Part shown: in pieces, positions 46,254-57,450 of the stretch
Position numbering within the stretch: position 1 is the stretch's first letter
Layout of the letters: each line of letters begins with the position of its first letter
Source: Clostridiales bacterium
GTDB taxonomy: Bacteria > Bacillota > Clostridia > Oscillospirales > CAG-272
Direction of reading: 5' to 3'
DNA length: 64,000 bases
Assembly (NCBI GenBank): GCA_012522015.1
Contig: JAAYLD010000032.1
Location: 8,520-72,519, forward strand
Made by a program: the position numbers and the translations under genes
The notes under the pieces: generated by a model
What the model saw: the letters and a program-made list of their open reading frames with translations, nothing else
Databases searched by the model: none
What the model was told of the DNA's origin: nothing

Positions 46254-46324
46254 CCGAACCGGCGCCTCGCTTTCTTTAACAAACTTTTACTTTTATATTC
46301 TGTGCTTTACTTCAGAAATCACCG

Positions 46325-49066
46325 TCAATATGCGTCTCCCCCGCGCATCTTCATCTCAAGATACTGCTGGCGCGTTATCAAAACATCTCGCGGACGCTGC
46401 CCGTCAGGCGGACTGACATATCCAAGCGCTTCCATGCGGTCGATAAGCTTTGCCGCACGCCCATAACCGAGCGACAAGCGACGCTGTATAAGCGACGTCG
46501 ATATTTTTCCGGATTCGACGGCAAGCTCAATTGCCGCGTCAAGCATCGGGTCATCGAAAATACTGTCATCATCGTCCGCTCCCTTCGCTCCACGGCCTTT
46601 TTTACCCTGTACACAGCGTTCTGCCGCCTCTTCTATGCCATCTATGGCACCGTCGTCATATAGAGGTGTCGGATATACGCCTTTTAGAAATTCAATCACT
46701 TCTTCAACTTCAACCTCGCTGACGAAAGCGCCCTGAACGCGGATTGGCTTTAACGCTCCAACAGGCGTATAGAGCATATCGCCACGTCCGATGAGCTTTT
46801 CCGCTCCTGCTATGTCAATTATTGTGCGTGAGTCGACCTGCGACGCCATCGTAAACGCTATGCGCGATGGTATATTCGCCTTAATAAGACCCGTAACGAC
46901 GTCAACAGACGGTCGCTGTGTGCCAATTATAAGATGAATACCGGCTGCGCGCCCCATCTGTGCTATGCGGCAGATGCTTCCCTCAACGTCATCCGGCGCT
47001 GTCATCATCAAATCGGCCAGCTCGTCAATTATAATTACCATCTGCGGTATAAACTCTTTTTCAGGGTCGCCATACGTTATTTCGTTATAGTTCTGAATAT
47101 TGCGTACGCCGACGCTTTCGATAAGCTCATAGCGGCGCTCCATTTCCTTTACAGCCCATGCAAGCGTACCTGCTGCTTTGTTTGGATCGCTTATTACAGG
47201 CACATGGAGATGCGGCATTCCGTTATATATATTAAGCTCAACCTTTTTCGGGTCAACAAGGATAAGGCGTACCTCCTGCGGGGTAGACTTGTATATTAAG
47301 CTGACAATCATGCTGTTAATGCAAACTGATTTACCCATCCCAGTTGCACCAGCGATGAGCAAATGCGGCATTTTTGCAATGTCGCAATATACAGGATCCC
47401 CTGCAACGTCGTATCCAAGCGCCACTGTCAGACGGCTTTTCGCTTCTCTGAATTCCCTGTCTTCAAGAAGCTCTCGCAGATAAGCAAATTCGCGAACCTT
47501 ATTCGGGACTTCAATTCCGACAGCAGCTTTTCCCGGTATTGGCGACTCAATACGAACGCCTTGTGTAGCAAGGTTAAGCGATATGTCATCAACAAGGTTT
47601 GATATTGAACGGACACGTGTGCCGGATTCAGGCGTCAGCTCATAACGAGTTATTGTCGGCCCGCGTGAAACGTCCGCTATACGAGTGTGTACATTGAAGC
47701 TGGCAAGCGTTTCAACAAGCTTGCGAGCATTTTCCTCAAGCTCTTCAATATCGGCTGCTGTCCTGCGCGGAGGTTCCGCTAAAAGAGAAAGCGGAGGAAA
47801 TTTATAAACCGGAACAGGCTCCGGAATCTCAGCATCCTGCTGCAGCTGCTGCTCAGAAAGCGGTGTTTTTTCAACCCTCAGCGTCTCAGAGGAATTATTA
47901 TCCTCCCCCGAACGTGCTTTTTTCAACAGCTCTATGCTTTCAGGATTGACAAATATCTTTGATAGATCAAGCTCGCCCTTGGCGATTTTATCGACGCGGG
48001 CTTCCGCCGCGCCGATGCGCAGGTTTTCGATGTCCCCGCTTGCGTCGCTGCCGTATTTGTAAGCGCCATCAGCTTTGTCATTGCCGCCCTCAATTTCGCC
48101 AGGGAACACCTGCCGGCCATAGCGCTCAATTGTACGGCGCATAACTTCGTCAAATATCTTTTTATCAATTATATCACGCTCGACCTCATCATCCTTATCT
48201 TCGCCAACATCCACATCGGGATTAAACTTAGCGCGCCGCACAGGACGGCTCTCTGTATTTGTGATAACGCCGGCACTTGTGCTTGCCACCGCTCCGAGCT
48301 CCGCCCGCCCATCATCAAGCTGCGTTATGCGCGAAAGATGCGGCTTTGAGGCCGGTTTTTTGCGTTTGTTTCGCATTTCACCGACGCGCTTCTTCGCACG
48401 ATAAAAAAAGAAGCTGTAAACTACATGTGGCGTCAGTCCAAACATTAAAAGGACGGCAACAAAAAGCGTAGAAAACAGAAGAACAAGCGACAATCCTTTT
48501 CCGAAAAGCTGCAAAAACAGCGAGCCGATAAGGCCGCCTATGACGCCGCCCCCTTTGTATACCCTGCCACTATCATATAAAGCTTTCAAATTATAGACAA
48601 CGCCGTCTCCTCCGATGATTTGAAAAAGTGCAGCTATAATGAGTACGGCGATTAAAGTACACCAAAGGCGCCATTTAAGGCGATGCCGCTGCGCATCGAC
48701 GAGCCAAAGAGCGCCAAGATTAAGGAGAGTCAGCGGTATGGCATATGCAGAGCCGGACAGAAGCCCTAAAAGAATATTTTTGAGCGAGGCAGCGGCAACA
48801 CCTATGCCGGAGGCACCGTGATTCATTATTATTATAAGGAAAAAGAAAATAGAAAAAACAAAAAAAACAAATGGTAGTATTTGATTTATTAGGCTGTATG
48901 GATCGTCAATCGCGCGGTAGCGTACAGTATCAGCATCTTCTGTCTTTTCTCTTCGCGCAGTTTTTGAGCTTGTAGCTGCTTTCTTCTTTTTTTCGGATAC
49001 TGTTTTGCTCGCGCTGCCGTTTTTTATATCCTTTTTCGCAGCCATGCGCAGATCGCTCCTCTCCAT
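46325..49066 (-). CDS. ftsK: DNA translocase FtsK/SpoIIIE
   Basis: N-terminal TM domain and a long linker. Walker A IAGATGMGKS. C-terminal gamma winged helix STSLIQRRLSLGYGRAAKLIDRME. Confidence 0.95.
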   Translation of the reverse strand: MERSDLRMAAKKDIKNGSASKTVSEKKKKAATSSKTARREKTEDADTVRYRAIDDPYSLINQILPFVFFVFSIFFFLIIIMNHGASGIGVAAASLKNILLGLLSGSAYAIPLTLLNLGALWLVDAQRHRLKWRLWCTLIAVLIIAALFQIIGGDGVVYNLKALYDSGRVYKGGGVIGGLIGSLFLQLFGKGLSLVLLFSTLFVAVLLMFGLTPHVVYSFFFYRAKKRVGEMRNKRKKPASKPHLSRITQLDDGRAELGAVASTSAGVITNTESRPVRRAKFNPDVDVGEDKDDEVERDIIDKKIFDEVMRRTIERYGRQVFPGEIEGGNDKADGAYKYGSDASGDIENLRIGAAEARVDKIAKGELDLSKIFVNPESIELLKKARSGEDNNSSETLRVEKTPLSEQQLQQDAEIPEPVPVYKFPPLSLLAEPPRRTAADIEELEENARKLVETLASFNVHTRIADVSRGPTITRYELTPESGTRVRSISNLVDDISLNLATQGVRIESPIPGKAAVGIEVPNKVREFAYLRELLEDREFREAKSRLTVALGYDVAGDPVYCDIAKMPHLLIAGATGMGKSVCINSMIVSLIYKSTPQEVRLILVDPKKVELNIYNGMPHLHVPVISDPNKAAGTLAWAVKEMERRYELIESVGVRNIQNYNEITYGDPEKEFIPQMVIIIDELADLMMTAPDDVEGSICRIAQMGRAAGIHLIIGTQRPSVDVVTGLIKANIPSRIAFTMASQVDSRTIIDIAGAEKLIGRGDMLYTPVGALKPIRVQGAFVSEVEVEEVIEFLKGVYPTPLYDDGAIDGIEEAAERCVQGKKGRGAKGADDDDSIFDDPMLDAAIELAVESGKISTSLIQRRLSLGYGRAAKLIDRMEALGYVSPPDGQRPRDVLITRQQYLEMKMRGGDAY

Positions 49067-49225
49067 ACAATAATTACCAATGCTCTGTCCGCTTGTGCTT
49101 ATTGCGTTACCTTTTTACAACCATATAAAACATGAGCATTACATATTTGCCCTTAAGTGAGTATATAATAACAGATTTCATGAGAAAATACAAGTACAGG
49201 AGCCCGGTGGAGGACTTTTGTAATA

Positions 49226-49708
49226 ATGCTTATGAAGGAGGTGCGGACACATGGCGTTCGCTCTTTGGGCGTGACTTCTGACAGCAAGAAGCAGCTTTTC
49301 TTTTTATGTGCGGCAGGTCTTGTTGCCGGTCTCATCAATGGGCTTATCGGTACGGGCGGCGGCATAATAATTGTGTATGCACTCACATATTTTATGCGAA
49401 TACGCCGTGGTGCTGGTTTAGCTACGGAGCCGGGCGGCGATATAAGAGATATACTTGCAACAGCTATTACATCAATATTGCCGATAACGGCTGTATCGGC
49501 GCTGTTTTACAGTATCAACACCGCTGCCGCCTCCACCGTTTCATCTCCTATTAAATATGCCGTATATATTGTGCCTGCCGCTTGCGGCGGCATATGTGGC
49601 GCCGCCCTGCTCGATACAATTAATACGTCGGTTACAAAAAAGATTTTTTCCGCTCTTGTCGTTTGGGCAGGTGTTAGCATGATATTAAAGGAAGCCGGGG
49701 TGATGTGA
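49226..49708 (+). CDS. TauE/SafE (TSUP) family membrane protein, half-size, first of a pair
   Basis: GLINGLIGTGGGIIIV motif. About 4 TM helices. Confidence 0.65.
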   Translation: MLMKEVRTHGVRSLGVTSDSKKQLFFLCAAGLVAGLINGLIGTGGGIIIVYALTYFMRIRRGAGLATEPGGDIRDILATAITSILPITAVSALFYSINTAAASTVSSPIKYAVYIVPAACGGICGAALLDTINTSVTKKIFSALVVWAGVSMILKEAGVM

Positions 49709-50088
49709 AAATTATTGTCTGGGACATTGTTGCCGCTTTTTTTGCCGCCGCTTTATCCGGTATGGGCGTTGGCGGCGGCGGGCTGTTCGTTGTCTACCTC
49801 ACTCTGGCGCGTGATGTCGGACAGTACGACGCCCAGCGCATTAATCTAATTTTTTTCATTGCAGCGTCAGGGGCATCTCTAATCATCCATTTTCTGCGGC
49901 GGAAAATTAATTTTCTTGCATTTTTAATATTTGCTGTAATGGGATCCGTTGGCGCTATAGCAGGCAGCCTTATTGCCGCCCGTGTGAGTGGCGGCGCGCT
50001 GCGCTATATATTTGGTGCTTTCCTCATCACGTGCAGCATAATATCTTTATTTAAGGGAAGTAAAAAGGCAGGGGCACACGAGAAATAA
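49705..50088 (+). CDS. TauE/SafE (TSUP) family membrane protein, half-size, second of a pair
   Basis: The GTG start overlaps the preceding stop (GTGA). LSGMGVGGGGLFVVYL motif. About 4 TM helices. Confidence 0.6.
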   Translation: MKIIVWDIVAAFFAAALSGMGVGGGGLFVVYLTLARDVGQYDAQRINLIFFIAASGASLIIHFLRRKINFLAFLIFAVMGSVGAIAGSLIAARVSGGALRYIFGAFLITCSIISLFKGSKKAGAHEK

Positions 50089-50328
50089 GCCCCTTATACA
50101 TAACTTATACACAACCAATAATACTACTATAATATTTCTCAAATTAACTGCCGCTATAATATAGTAGTATTTATAGCGCTAAAGTGTGGAAGTTATTATT
50201 TACAAACAAACTACTCCGTGATATAATTATCATGCTTACGATCTCGGTTCACGGATATAAGGCCCGTCACCGGGCATTTCACCCGCCGTTTGCTGAGACG
50301 TAAAGTAAATATTAATGAGGTGAAATAC

Positions 50329-50598
50329 ATGGCACTTACAAAAGAACAAAAGCAGGAGATCATTGCAAAGTACGCCACACATGAAGGCGACACCGGCAGC
50401 CCGGAAGTCCAGATTGCTATTCTCACAAAACGCATCAACAATCTCACAGAGCACCTAAAGAATAACAAAAAGGACCACCACAGCCGCCGCGGCCTGCTTA
50501 AGATGGTCGGACACCGTCGTAACCTGCTTAACTATCTTGCAAAGGTTGACATTGAGCGTTACCGTGCGATAATTGATAAGCTGAATCTCAGAAGGTAA
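50329..50598 (+). CDS. rpsO: 30S ribosomal protein S15
   Basis: [33 protein letters not shown]...; 89 aa. The start is the ATG after GAGGTGA. Confidence 0.95.
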   Translation: MALTKEQKQEIIAKYATHEGDTGSPEVQIAILTKRINNLTEHLKNNKKDHHSRRGLLKMVGHRRNLLNYLAKVDIERYRAIIDKLNLRR

Positions 50599-50646
50599 TA
50601 CTTTTTACCTTTCATTTTTTCATCAAATTATCAAAACACGTGATGT

Positions 50647-50679
50647 GGCGCGGGCCGACGTAAAAGCGCCGGCCCGCCA
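50647..50679 (+). other. GC-rich stem-loop in the long rpsO-pnp intergenic region
   Basis: GGCGCGGGCCG...CGGCCCGCC hairpin with no following T-run. It could be an rpsO 3' stabiliser or processing site, or part of the pnp leader. Confidence 0.4.
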
Positions 50680-50926
50680 AACCTTTGAGAAAACAAAGCA
50701 TATTTTTTAATAATGCAATCACACGGAGTTGGCGAAGCCGCGAATCAGCATTTAAACAAGCGCGTAACACGCATATAAACGAAAAAAGAATTCTTCATAA
50801 AATGGTCACGATCGCAATAAAGCGGTGAGAGGGCAGCGCTGAAGCGCTGTTGCGCGTCTGTTTAAGTGTTAATTCCGGCCCGCCTCTCCGTTTGAAATGT
50901 ATATAAATGGAAAGGAACAGTTTTCG

Positions 50927-53017
50927 ATGTTTGAAAACGCAAAAGTTTTTGAAACAGAATACGCTGGTCGCCCACTGAAAGTTGAAGTAGGCAAGGTTGC
51001 CGGACTTGCAAATGGCTCCTGCCTAATAAGATATGGTGATACAGTACTTCTTGCCTGCGCAACAGCCTCTGCAAAACCAAGAGAGGGCATTGATTTTTTG
51101 CCTCTTTCTGTTGATTTTGAAGAACGTCTATATGCTGTCGGCAGAATCCCCGGCAGTTATACACGCCGTGAGGGACGCCCCTCCGAAAAGGCTATTCTCA
51201 TCTCGCGTGTCGTCGACCGTCCTATTCGCCCGCTTTTCCCAAAGGATTTGCGCAATGATATCGTTGTGTCTCTCACTATTTTGTCTGTTGACCCGGACTG
51301 CCAACCCGAGCTTGTCGCTATGCTTGGTGCGTCAATCGCTCTCTCCATATCCGACATACCGTGGAACGGGCCAATCTCTGGCGCTCTCATCGGAATGGTT
51401 GACGGCAAACTTATTGTAAACCCGACGGAGGCGCAGCGCGAAGCAAGCACTCTTGAGCTGACTGTTGCGTCCACAAGGTCAAAGGTTGTTATGATTGAGG
51501 CTGGCGCGAAGGAAGTTTCAGATTCGAATATGTTCGCAGCCATCATGCTCGCACTTGAGGAAAACTGCCGTATTATTGAGTTTATTGATAGTATTGTTGC
51601 AGCTGTCGGCAAGCAGAAGTTTAGCTACACCTCCGGCGAGCTTGATCAGGAAATGCTTGAGCGTGTATTTGATTTTTGTGAAAAAGACGTCATGTACGCC
51701 CTCGATACACCAGACAAAAATGTCCGTGACGAGCGTATGACGCCTATCATAGATGCTATTATCGAAAATTTCTCCGAAGAATACCCTGATATAGCTACTC
51801 AAGTAGATGAGCTAATCTATCAAGTTCAGAAAAAGATTGTCCGCCGCTGGCTTCTTGAAGAAGGCAAGCGTGTTGACGGCCGCCGTCTCGATGAAATTCG
51901 CCCGCTCGCGGCGGAAGTAGGTGTCCTGCCACGCGCACACGGAAGCGGTCTTTTCACCCGCGGTCAGACTCAGATTCTCACCATATGTACTCTTGGCTCC
52001 CTTGACGAAGCGCAGGAGCTTGACGGCATTGACAGTCAGAGAACGAAGCGCTATATGCACCACTATAACATGCCCGGCTATTCGACTGGTGAAGCAAGAG
52101 CATCCCGCAGTCCCGGGCGCCGTGAAATTGGTCACGGTGCGCTTGCCGAGCGCTCGCTTCTTCCCGTGCTCCCGTCAATCGAGGAATTTCCATATGCTAT
52201 ACGCTGCGTATCTGAGGTTGTCAGCAGCAACGGCTCAACGTCTCAAGGCTCTGTCTGCGGCTCAACGCTCGCTCTCATGGATGCCGGCGTTCCGATTAAA
52301 GCACCGGTTGCCGGTATATCCTGCGGTCTTATCACGGAAGGCGACCGCTGGATGACGATGATAGACATTCAAGGCGTCGAAGACTTCTATGGCGATATGG
52401 ACTTCAAGGTTGCCGGCACTCACAAGGGTATCACATCAATTCAGATGGACCTTAAAATTGATGGCCTAACACCTGAAATAATCAAAAAAGCTTTAGAAGT
52501 CACTCATCGCGGACGCGATTATATCATAGATCAAGTACTTCTCCGTGCAATTCCCGCACCGAGACCTGAAGTATCACCTTACGCACCGAAGGTCATCGTC
52601 ATGAAGATTGACGTTGAAAAAATTCGTGACGTTATCGGTACTGGCGGCAAGGTCGTTCAGAAGATAGTTGCAGACACCGGCGCGAAAATTGATATTCATG
52701 AAGACGGTACGGTTTACATCTCTGCTGTAAACCGCGGCGCCGCATTACAAGCCAAGAAAACCATAGAAGGCATTGTTTTCGAGCCTGAAGTCGGCGGTAT
52801 TTATACCGGCCGCGTAACTCGTATCATCCCGATTGGCGCTTTCGTTGAGATTGCCCCCGGCAAAGAGGGCATGGTTCACATCAAGGACCTCGAAAAAAAG
52901 CATACTGAAAGAGTAGAGGATGTATGCGAAGTCGGCGATTTGATGACAGTTAAGTGCCTCGGCACCGACGAGCGCGGACGCCTTAACCTTTCACGCAAGG
53001 ATGCCTTGAAACCTTAA
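50927..53017 (+). CDS. pnp: Polyribonucleotide nucleotidyltransferase (PNPase)
   Basis: Two RNase PH domains, then KH (IRDVIGTGGKVVQKI) and S1 (GRVTRIIPIGAFVEI) domains. Confidence 0.95.
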   Translation: MFENAKVFETEYAGRPLKVEVGKVAGLANGSCLIRYGDTVLLACATASAKPREGIDFLPLSVDFEERLYAVGRIPGSYTRREGRPSEKAILISRVVDRPIRPLFPKDLRNDIVVSLTILSVDPDCQPELVAMLGASIALSISDIPWNGPISGALIGMVDGKLIVNPTEAQREASTLELTVASTRSKVVMIEAGAKEVSDSNMFAAIMLALEENCRIIEFIDSIVAAVGKQKFSYTSGELDQEMLERVFDFCEKDVMYALDTPDKNVRDERMTPIIDAIIENFSEEYPDIATQVDELIYQVQKKIVRRWLLEEGKRVDGRRLDEIRPLAAEVGVLPRAHGSGLFTRGQTQILTICTLGSLDEAQELDGIDSQRTKRYMHHYNMPGYSTGEARASRSPGRREIGHGALAERSLLPVLPSIEEFPYAIRCVSEVVSSNGSTSQGSVCGSTLALMDAGVPIKAPVAGISCGLITEGDRWMTMIDIQGVEDFYGDMDFKVAGTHKGITSIQMDLKIDGLTPEIIKKALEVTHRGRDYIIDQVLLRAIPAPRPEVSPYAPKVIVMKIDVEKIRDVIGTGGKVVQKIVADTGAKIDIHEDGTVYISAVNRGAALQAKKTIEGIVFEPEVGGIYTGRVTRIIPIGAFVEIAPGKEGMVHIKDLEKKHTERVEDVCEVGDLMTVKCLGTDERGRLNLSRKDALKP

Positions 53018-53056
53018 TTTTCAAGCTTCGATAATAATTGAATAAGTTAATATACA

Positions 53057-53093
53057 AAATTCCCGCCTTACAAAATGTGAAGCGGGAATTTTA
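53057..53093. terminator. Bidirectional terminator after pnp
   Basis: AAATTCCCGC...GCGGGAATTT hairpin. Confidence 0.7.
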
Positions 53094-53164
53094 CTTAACA
53101 TTATTATTGTATTTTTCTTGTTTCACTTAAAGCTCTTTAATTCTCTTCTTTTACCTAACGTCGT

Positions 53165-53434
53165 TTAATCGTCTATTATTACGGTGTCACCAATGTCGTC
53201 GCTGTTATCATCCTCGGCGTCGTCATCTGCCTCGGCCTCATCTTCGTCGTCTCTGTTGCAGCATCCGTCAAATTCATCATCAAGCTCGTCAATATCACCA
53301 AGCTCGATGACAATTTTGAGATATTTCTTGAATATCTTTTCGAGGATCACCTCAGCCGCTACAAAAGCACCCACAACGGCTGCGATTATCACAAGTACGC
53401 GCCAAATAATGCCGTACTTCTTCTTTTCCTTCAT
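53165..53434 (-). CDS. Small single-pass membrane protein with a strongly acidic C-terminal tail (hypothetical)
   Basis: TM segment IIWRVLVIIAAVVGAFVAAEVIL, followed by an Asp/Glu-rich tail containing a CC pair. Confidence 0.45.
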   Translation of the reverse strand: MKEKKKYGIIWRVLVIIAAVVGAFVAAEVILEKIFKKYLKIVIELGDIDELDDEFDGCCNRDDEDEAEADDDAEDDNSDDIGDTVIIDD

Positions 53435-53508
53435 TATTATTGACTCCTTTCATTGTCATCAAATATATTATATCACAAAAAGCAATATATGCAACATAAT
53501 TGTTAAAA

Positions 53509-55923
53509 TTACTTTCCGCGCAGGGATGCTCCAAGCCGGCGTCCGATTTCATCGAGTATTCTCGCTGCAATCTCATCAGCTTCAGCGTCTGTCAGTGTCC
53601 TGTCAGAGGCGCGCAGATGAACACGCACCGATACGCTCTTTTTCCCCTCGCCTGTCTGCTCGCCACGGTAAACATCGACAATATAAGCCGATTCAACAAG
53701 CTCCCCACCAGCTTCGTAGCAGACATCAACAACCGATCCGGCTTCAATCTCCTCATCGCAGACAAAGGAGAAGTCGCGCCACACCGCCGGATACTTCGGC
53801 AACTGACGGAACTCCCGCACGCTGATCCGCCGGTCAAATATCGCCTCGACATCAATCTCCGCTGCATATATCTCGCCCGAAAGTTCAAATCCCTCCGCGA
53901 CCTCCGAATGCATCTGCCCCAGCACACACAGCACAGTACCGTCAGCAAGACGGATTTCACCACATCTTCCGGGATGATATGACGGATTGTCGCGCACGGC
54001 ATAAGTCTTATAACCGGATATGCCTGCCGAGAGTATAACGCGCTCGCATATGCCTTTGAGACGGTAAAAATCTACCCCGCCGCCGTACATGCCAACGACA
54101 AGCACTTTTTTCTCGTCCGGCAAGGTATCCTCGCCCCTTGGAAGATAAATTGTCGCAAGCTCATACATCGCAGCAGATAAATTCTTATGATTCTGGTTAT
54201 GCAATAAAACATCAAGCATCGACGGCAAAGCCGTTGTGCGCATAATGCTTGTGTCTTTGCCGAGCGGGTTTGATATAACAACGCAGTTTCTGCGTTTATC
54301 ATCCTCCGGCACGCGTATCATATCAAGATAACGCGGGCCAATGAATGAAAACGTTGCTGTTTCCCAAAGCCCCATTCCGCACATAAGCTCATGAAGCGAA
54401 AGCTCAAACTGTTGTCTTTGTGTCCTGCCGCCTTGCTTTATGCGAACAAGCGGGAGAGTCGTCGTAACCTCATTATAACCATATATACGTATTATCTCCT
54501 CGGCAAGATCGCTCATACACCAGATGTCGCCTCGCCAGCTCGGTACCGTGACAACATCACCGCCGGATTCAACACCAAAGCCAAGCGACGAAAGTATCTC
54601 CTCCATTTTCGAGCGCGGAATGTCCGTGCCAAGGAAATCGTTTATACGATCAGGCTCAAACTTAACTGTGCGTTTTGTCTGTTTGCCCGGATAAACATCA
54701 ATGGTGCCGTCAACGACCTCCCCCGCGCCAAGCATAGTCACAAGCTCACATGCGCGCAGAAGAGCCAGCATCGCGTTTTCGGGATCCATCCCTTTTTCAA
54801 AGCGAGCGGAGCTTTCGGTGCGTATGTTCATTGCTTTCGATGTAAACCTTACGGATGTGCCGTTAAAATTAGCTGATTCGAAAACAACTGTCGTTGTTGT
54901 GGGCTTTATCTCGCTGTTAGCTCCACCTATGATTCCGGCAAGCGCAACAGGTTTTCTTTCATCGGCAATGACAAGCATAGACGGTGAAAGCGGCTTGTCA
55001 GTGTCGTTTTCAGCAAGCGAACGGAAAAGCTCGCCCTCACGCGCGCGTCTCACTATAATATACGCACCATCAAGGCACGAATAGTCAAAAGCGTGCATTG
55101 GCTGACCATACTCAAGCATTACATAGTTTGTTATATCAACGATATTGTTGATAGGACGCACGCCGGCCGCTCTCAGGCGCATCCTCATCCAAAGAGGAGA
55201 GGGCGCAATTTTTACGTTTTTTATGACCTTAGCACAGTAGCGCGGGCAAAGATCAGGCGCATCAATGTCGACTTTGATATATTTTGATACATCATCGCCA
55301 TCACCTGACACCTCATCCTTTGGCGTTGGCACTGAGAAAGTGCGACCGAATACTACGGCAGCTTCGCGAGCAAGCCCGATAACAGATAAGCAGTCAGGTC
55401 TGTTCGGTGTTATTTCAAAATCAACTGTCACGCTGCGAAGCAAAAGCGCATCGCGAATATCGACGCCAATACTGCCAGCGAACTCGTCTCCTAAAATGCA
55501 GATTCCGCTGCTGTCGTTTCCCGGCATTTCGTGTGTCGTCAATCCAAGCTCATCAATCGAGCATAGCATGCCGTCGGATATGACACCGCGCAGCTTGCCG
55601 GATTTAATTTCAACGCCGCCGGGCAGCTTCGCCGAAGCCTTCGCCACCGGCACAATAGCTCCCTCAAACACATTTTGCGCACCTGTGACTATTGTGCGAT
55701 GCGATGCCTCGCCCACATCAACCTCGCAAATCCAAAGGTGATCGGAGTCAGGATGGCGCTCTATCTTAACAACGCGCCCAACGACAACATTTTCAACGTC
55801 AGGTGCGCACTCCTCCCAGCCTTCAACCTTGCTTCCTGTATCCGTCATTCTGTCACAGAAAGTTTTTATATCAATATCTCCGACATTCGTAAATTCAGAG
55901 CACCACTGTAACGGCAACTTCAT
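53509..55923 (-). CDS. pheT: Phenylalanine--tRNA ligase beta subunit
   Basis: 804 aa with tRNA-binding, B3/4, B5 and FDX-ACB regions recognisable. It follows pheS. Confidence 0.95.
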   Translation of the reverse strand: MKLPLQWCSEFTNVGDIDIKTFCDRMTDTGSKVEGWEECAPDVENVVVGRVVKIERHPDSDHLWICEVDVGEASHRTIVTGAQNVFEGAIVPVAKASAKLPGGVEIKSGKLRGVISDGMLCSIDELGLTTHEMPGNDSSGICILGDEFAGSIGVDIRDALLLRSVTVDFEITPNRPDCLSVIGLAREAAVVFGRTFSVPTPKDEVSGDGDDVSKYIKVDIDAPDLCPRYCAKVIKNVKIAPSPLWMRMRLRAAGVRPINNIVDITNYVMLEYGQPMHAFDYSCLDGAYIIVRRAREGELFRSLAENDTDKPLSPSMLVIADERKPVALAGIIGGANSEIKPTTTTVVFESANFNGTSVRFTSKAMNIRTESSARFEKGMDPENAMLALLRACELVTMLGAGEVVDGTIDVYPGKQTKRTVKFEPDRINDFLGTDIPRSKMEEILSSLGFGVESGGDVVTVPSWRGDIWCMSDLAEEIIRIYGYNEVTTTLPLVRIKQGGRTQRQQFELSLHELMCGMGLWETATFSFIGPRYLDMIRVPEDDKRRNCVVISNPLGKDTSIMRTTALPSMLDVLLHNQNHKNLSAAMYELATIYLPRGEDTLPDEKKVLVVGMYGGGVDFYRLKGICERVILSAGISGYKTYAVRDNPSYHPGRCGEIRLADGTVLCVLGQMHSEVAEGFELSGEIYAAEIDVEAIFDRRISVREFRQLPKYPAVWRDFSFVCDEEIEAGSVVDVCYEAGGELVESAYIVDVYRGEQTGEGKKSVSVRVHLRASDRTLTDAEADEIAARILDEIGRRLGASLRGK

Positions 55924-55952
55924 AATTCTGCGTCCTCCTTACCTTATTTTTA

Positions 55953-56972
55953 TCAGAACTGCGCAAGGAAGCGCAGGTCGTTTTCATAGAAAAGGCGCAT
56001 ATCGTCAATATGGTATTTCAGCATGGCGACACGCTCTATGCCTATTCCAAAGGCGAAACCGCTGTATATATCAGGATCAATGCCGCAGCCGGAAAGCACG
56101 TTCGGGTGAACCATGCCGCAGCCAAGTATCTCTATCCATCCCTCGCCCTTGCAAAGGCGGCATCCTTCCCCGCCGCATGCGAAGCACGATACGTCAACCT
56201 CAGCCGACGGCTCCGTATACGGGAAATGGTGCGGGCGGAAGCGTATGCGCGTCGCCTCACCAAACAAATTCTTTGCGAATATTAAAAGTGTGCCGCGAAG
56301 GTCGCCCATTGTTATGCCACGGTCGACAACAAGCCCTTCAACCTGATGAAAGAGCGGGGAGTGTGTCGCATCAACCTCGTCGGAGCGGTAAACTCGCCCA
56401 GGTGATATTATGCGTATCGGCGGTTTTTCCTTTTCCATTGTGCGCACCTGGACACTTGACGTCTGACTGCGAAGAAGAATTTTATCCGTTATATAGAAAG
56501 TGTCCTGTGTGTCTCGCGCAGGATGTCCTGCCGGCATGTTAAGCGCCTCGAAATTGTAGTAGTCGTACTCCACCTCAGGCCCCTCGGCAATTGTAAAGCC
56601 CATGCCAAGGAATATATTTTCCATCTCAAGCTTAACTTTTGAAAGAGGATGACGGCCACCGACGGGCGGCATTATAGCAGGCATCGTAACGTCAAGTTTT
56701 TCAGCCACGAGACGGCGCGCAAACTCCTCTTTTGCACGTTTTTCCCTCAGTTCTACTATTTTGTTTTCGATAAATTCACGCACTTCATTTACAATAGCAC
56801 CAACAGTCGGCCTTTCCTCTGGCGCAACGGCCCCCATTCCGCGCAATACGGCTGTCAGCTCTCCCTTTTTACCAAGATAGCGAATTCGCAGCGCTTCAAT
56901 ATCGGCATTCTCCTCCGCAAAAAGACGCGCCGCTTCCTCCTTTATAGCTAAAAGTTTTTCCTTCAGTTCCAC
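55953..56972 (-). CDS. pheS: Phenylalanine--tRNA ligase alpha subunit
   Basis: Class II motifs ([29 protein letters not shown]...[10 protein letters not shown]). Confidence 0.95.
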   Translation of the reverse strand: MELKEKLLAIKEEAARLFAEENADIEALRIRYLGKKGELTAVLRGMGAVAPEERPTVGAIVNEVREFIENKIVELREKRAKEEFARRLVAEKLDVTMPAIMPPVGGRHPLSKVKLEMENIFLGMGFTIAEGPEVEYDYYNFEALNMPAGHPARDTQDTFYITDKILLRSQTSSVQVRTMEKEKPPIRIISPGRVYRSDEVDATHSPLFHQVEGLVVDRGITMGDLRGTLLIFAKNLFGEATRIRFRPHHFPYTEPSAEVDVSCFACGGEGCRLCKGEGWIEILGCGMVHPNVLSGCGIDPDIYSGFAFGIGIERVAMLKYHIDDMRLFYENDLRFLAQF

Positions 56973-57056
56973 ATCAGTCGATTCCTTTCGAAAAATTTAA
57001 TCTTTCATGTATTTTGTTATGCTTTATGAGATTTCTTTTATCTGATTTTAAAAATG

Positions 57057-57325
57057 AAAACAAAAAATCCCGTCCCGAAAAACCGGGACGGGATTATATC
57101 CCGCGGTACCACCCGTATTCCCTGCAAAAATTACACAGGGCGCTTGGTGAGCCTTTAACGGAGCCACCCGTGCAGCGCTACAACGGCACATAAAAGTAGT
57201 TCATAAGAAAGAAGTGCCACTTCACACCGTCCGCTCCGGAGTGAAATGCCGTGCTGTCCTGCCGCACCGGTTCCAGCCATGCCGGCGCTCTCTGTCATGG
57301 CAATTTGCTGCCGGATATTATCACT
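57057..57325 (-). promoter_or_regulatory. T-box leader (tRNA-Phe-sensing) of pheST
   Basis: On the minus strand there is an AGAGAG box. The T-box sequence AATACGGGTGGTACCGCGGGA overlaps the terminator ATCCCGTCCCGG-TTTT-TCGGGACGGGAT plus T6. TTC triplets lie in the predicted specifier region (GGCACTTCTTTC). Confidence 0.85.
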
Positions 57326-57450
57326 AAACTGCACTAATATGCGCTCCATATCATCGCTTTAGTGCTGCTCTATCCGGCACGCTGCATCACAGCCGTCTCC
57401 ATCATCGCGTTTGTTGCGTTTTTACGTGTAAGTATCGTATCATGAGAGCT

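Noticed and set aside
53184-53982. Ser-rich 213-aa and 160-aa plus-strand ORFs.
   Set aside because: They are antisense to the acidic-tail protein gene and to the 3' end of pheT. Their composition (poly-Ser from GAN codons read in reverse) and their overlap with a firmly identified gene argue against coding.
57155-57349. 64-aa minus-strand ORF upstream of pheS.
   Set aside because: It lies entirely within the T-box leader, whose conserved T-box sequence and terminator explain the region.
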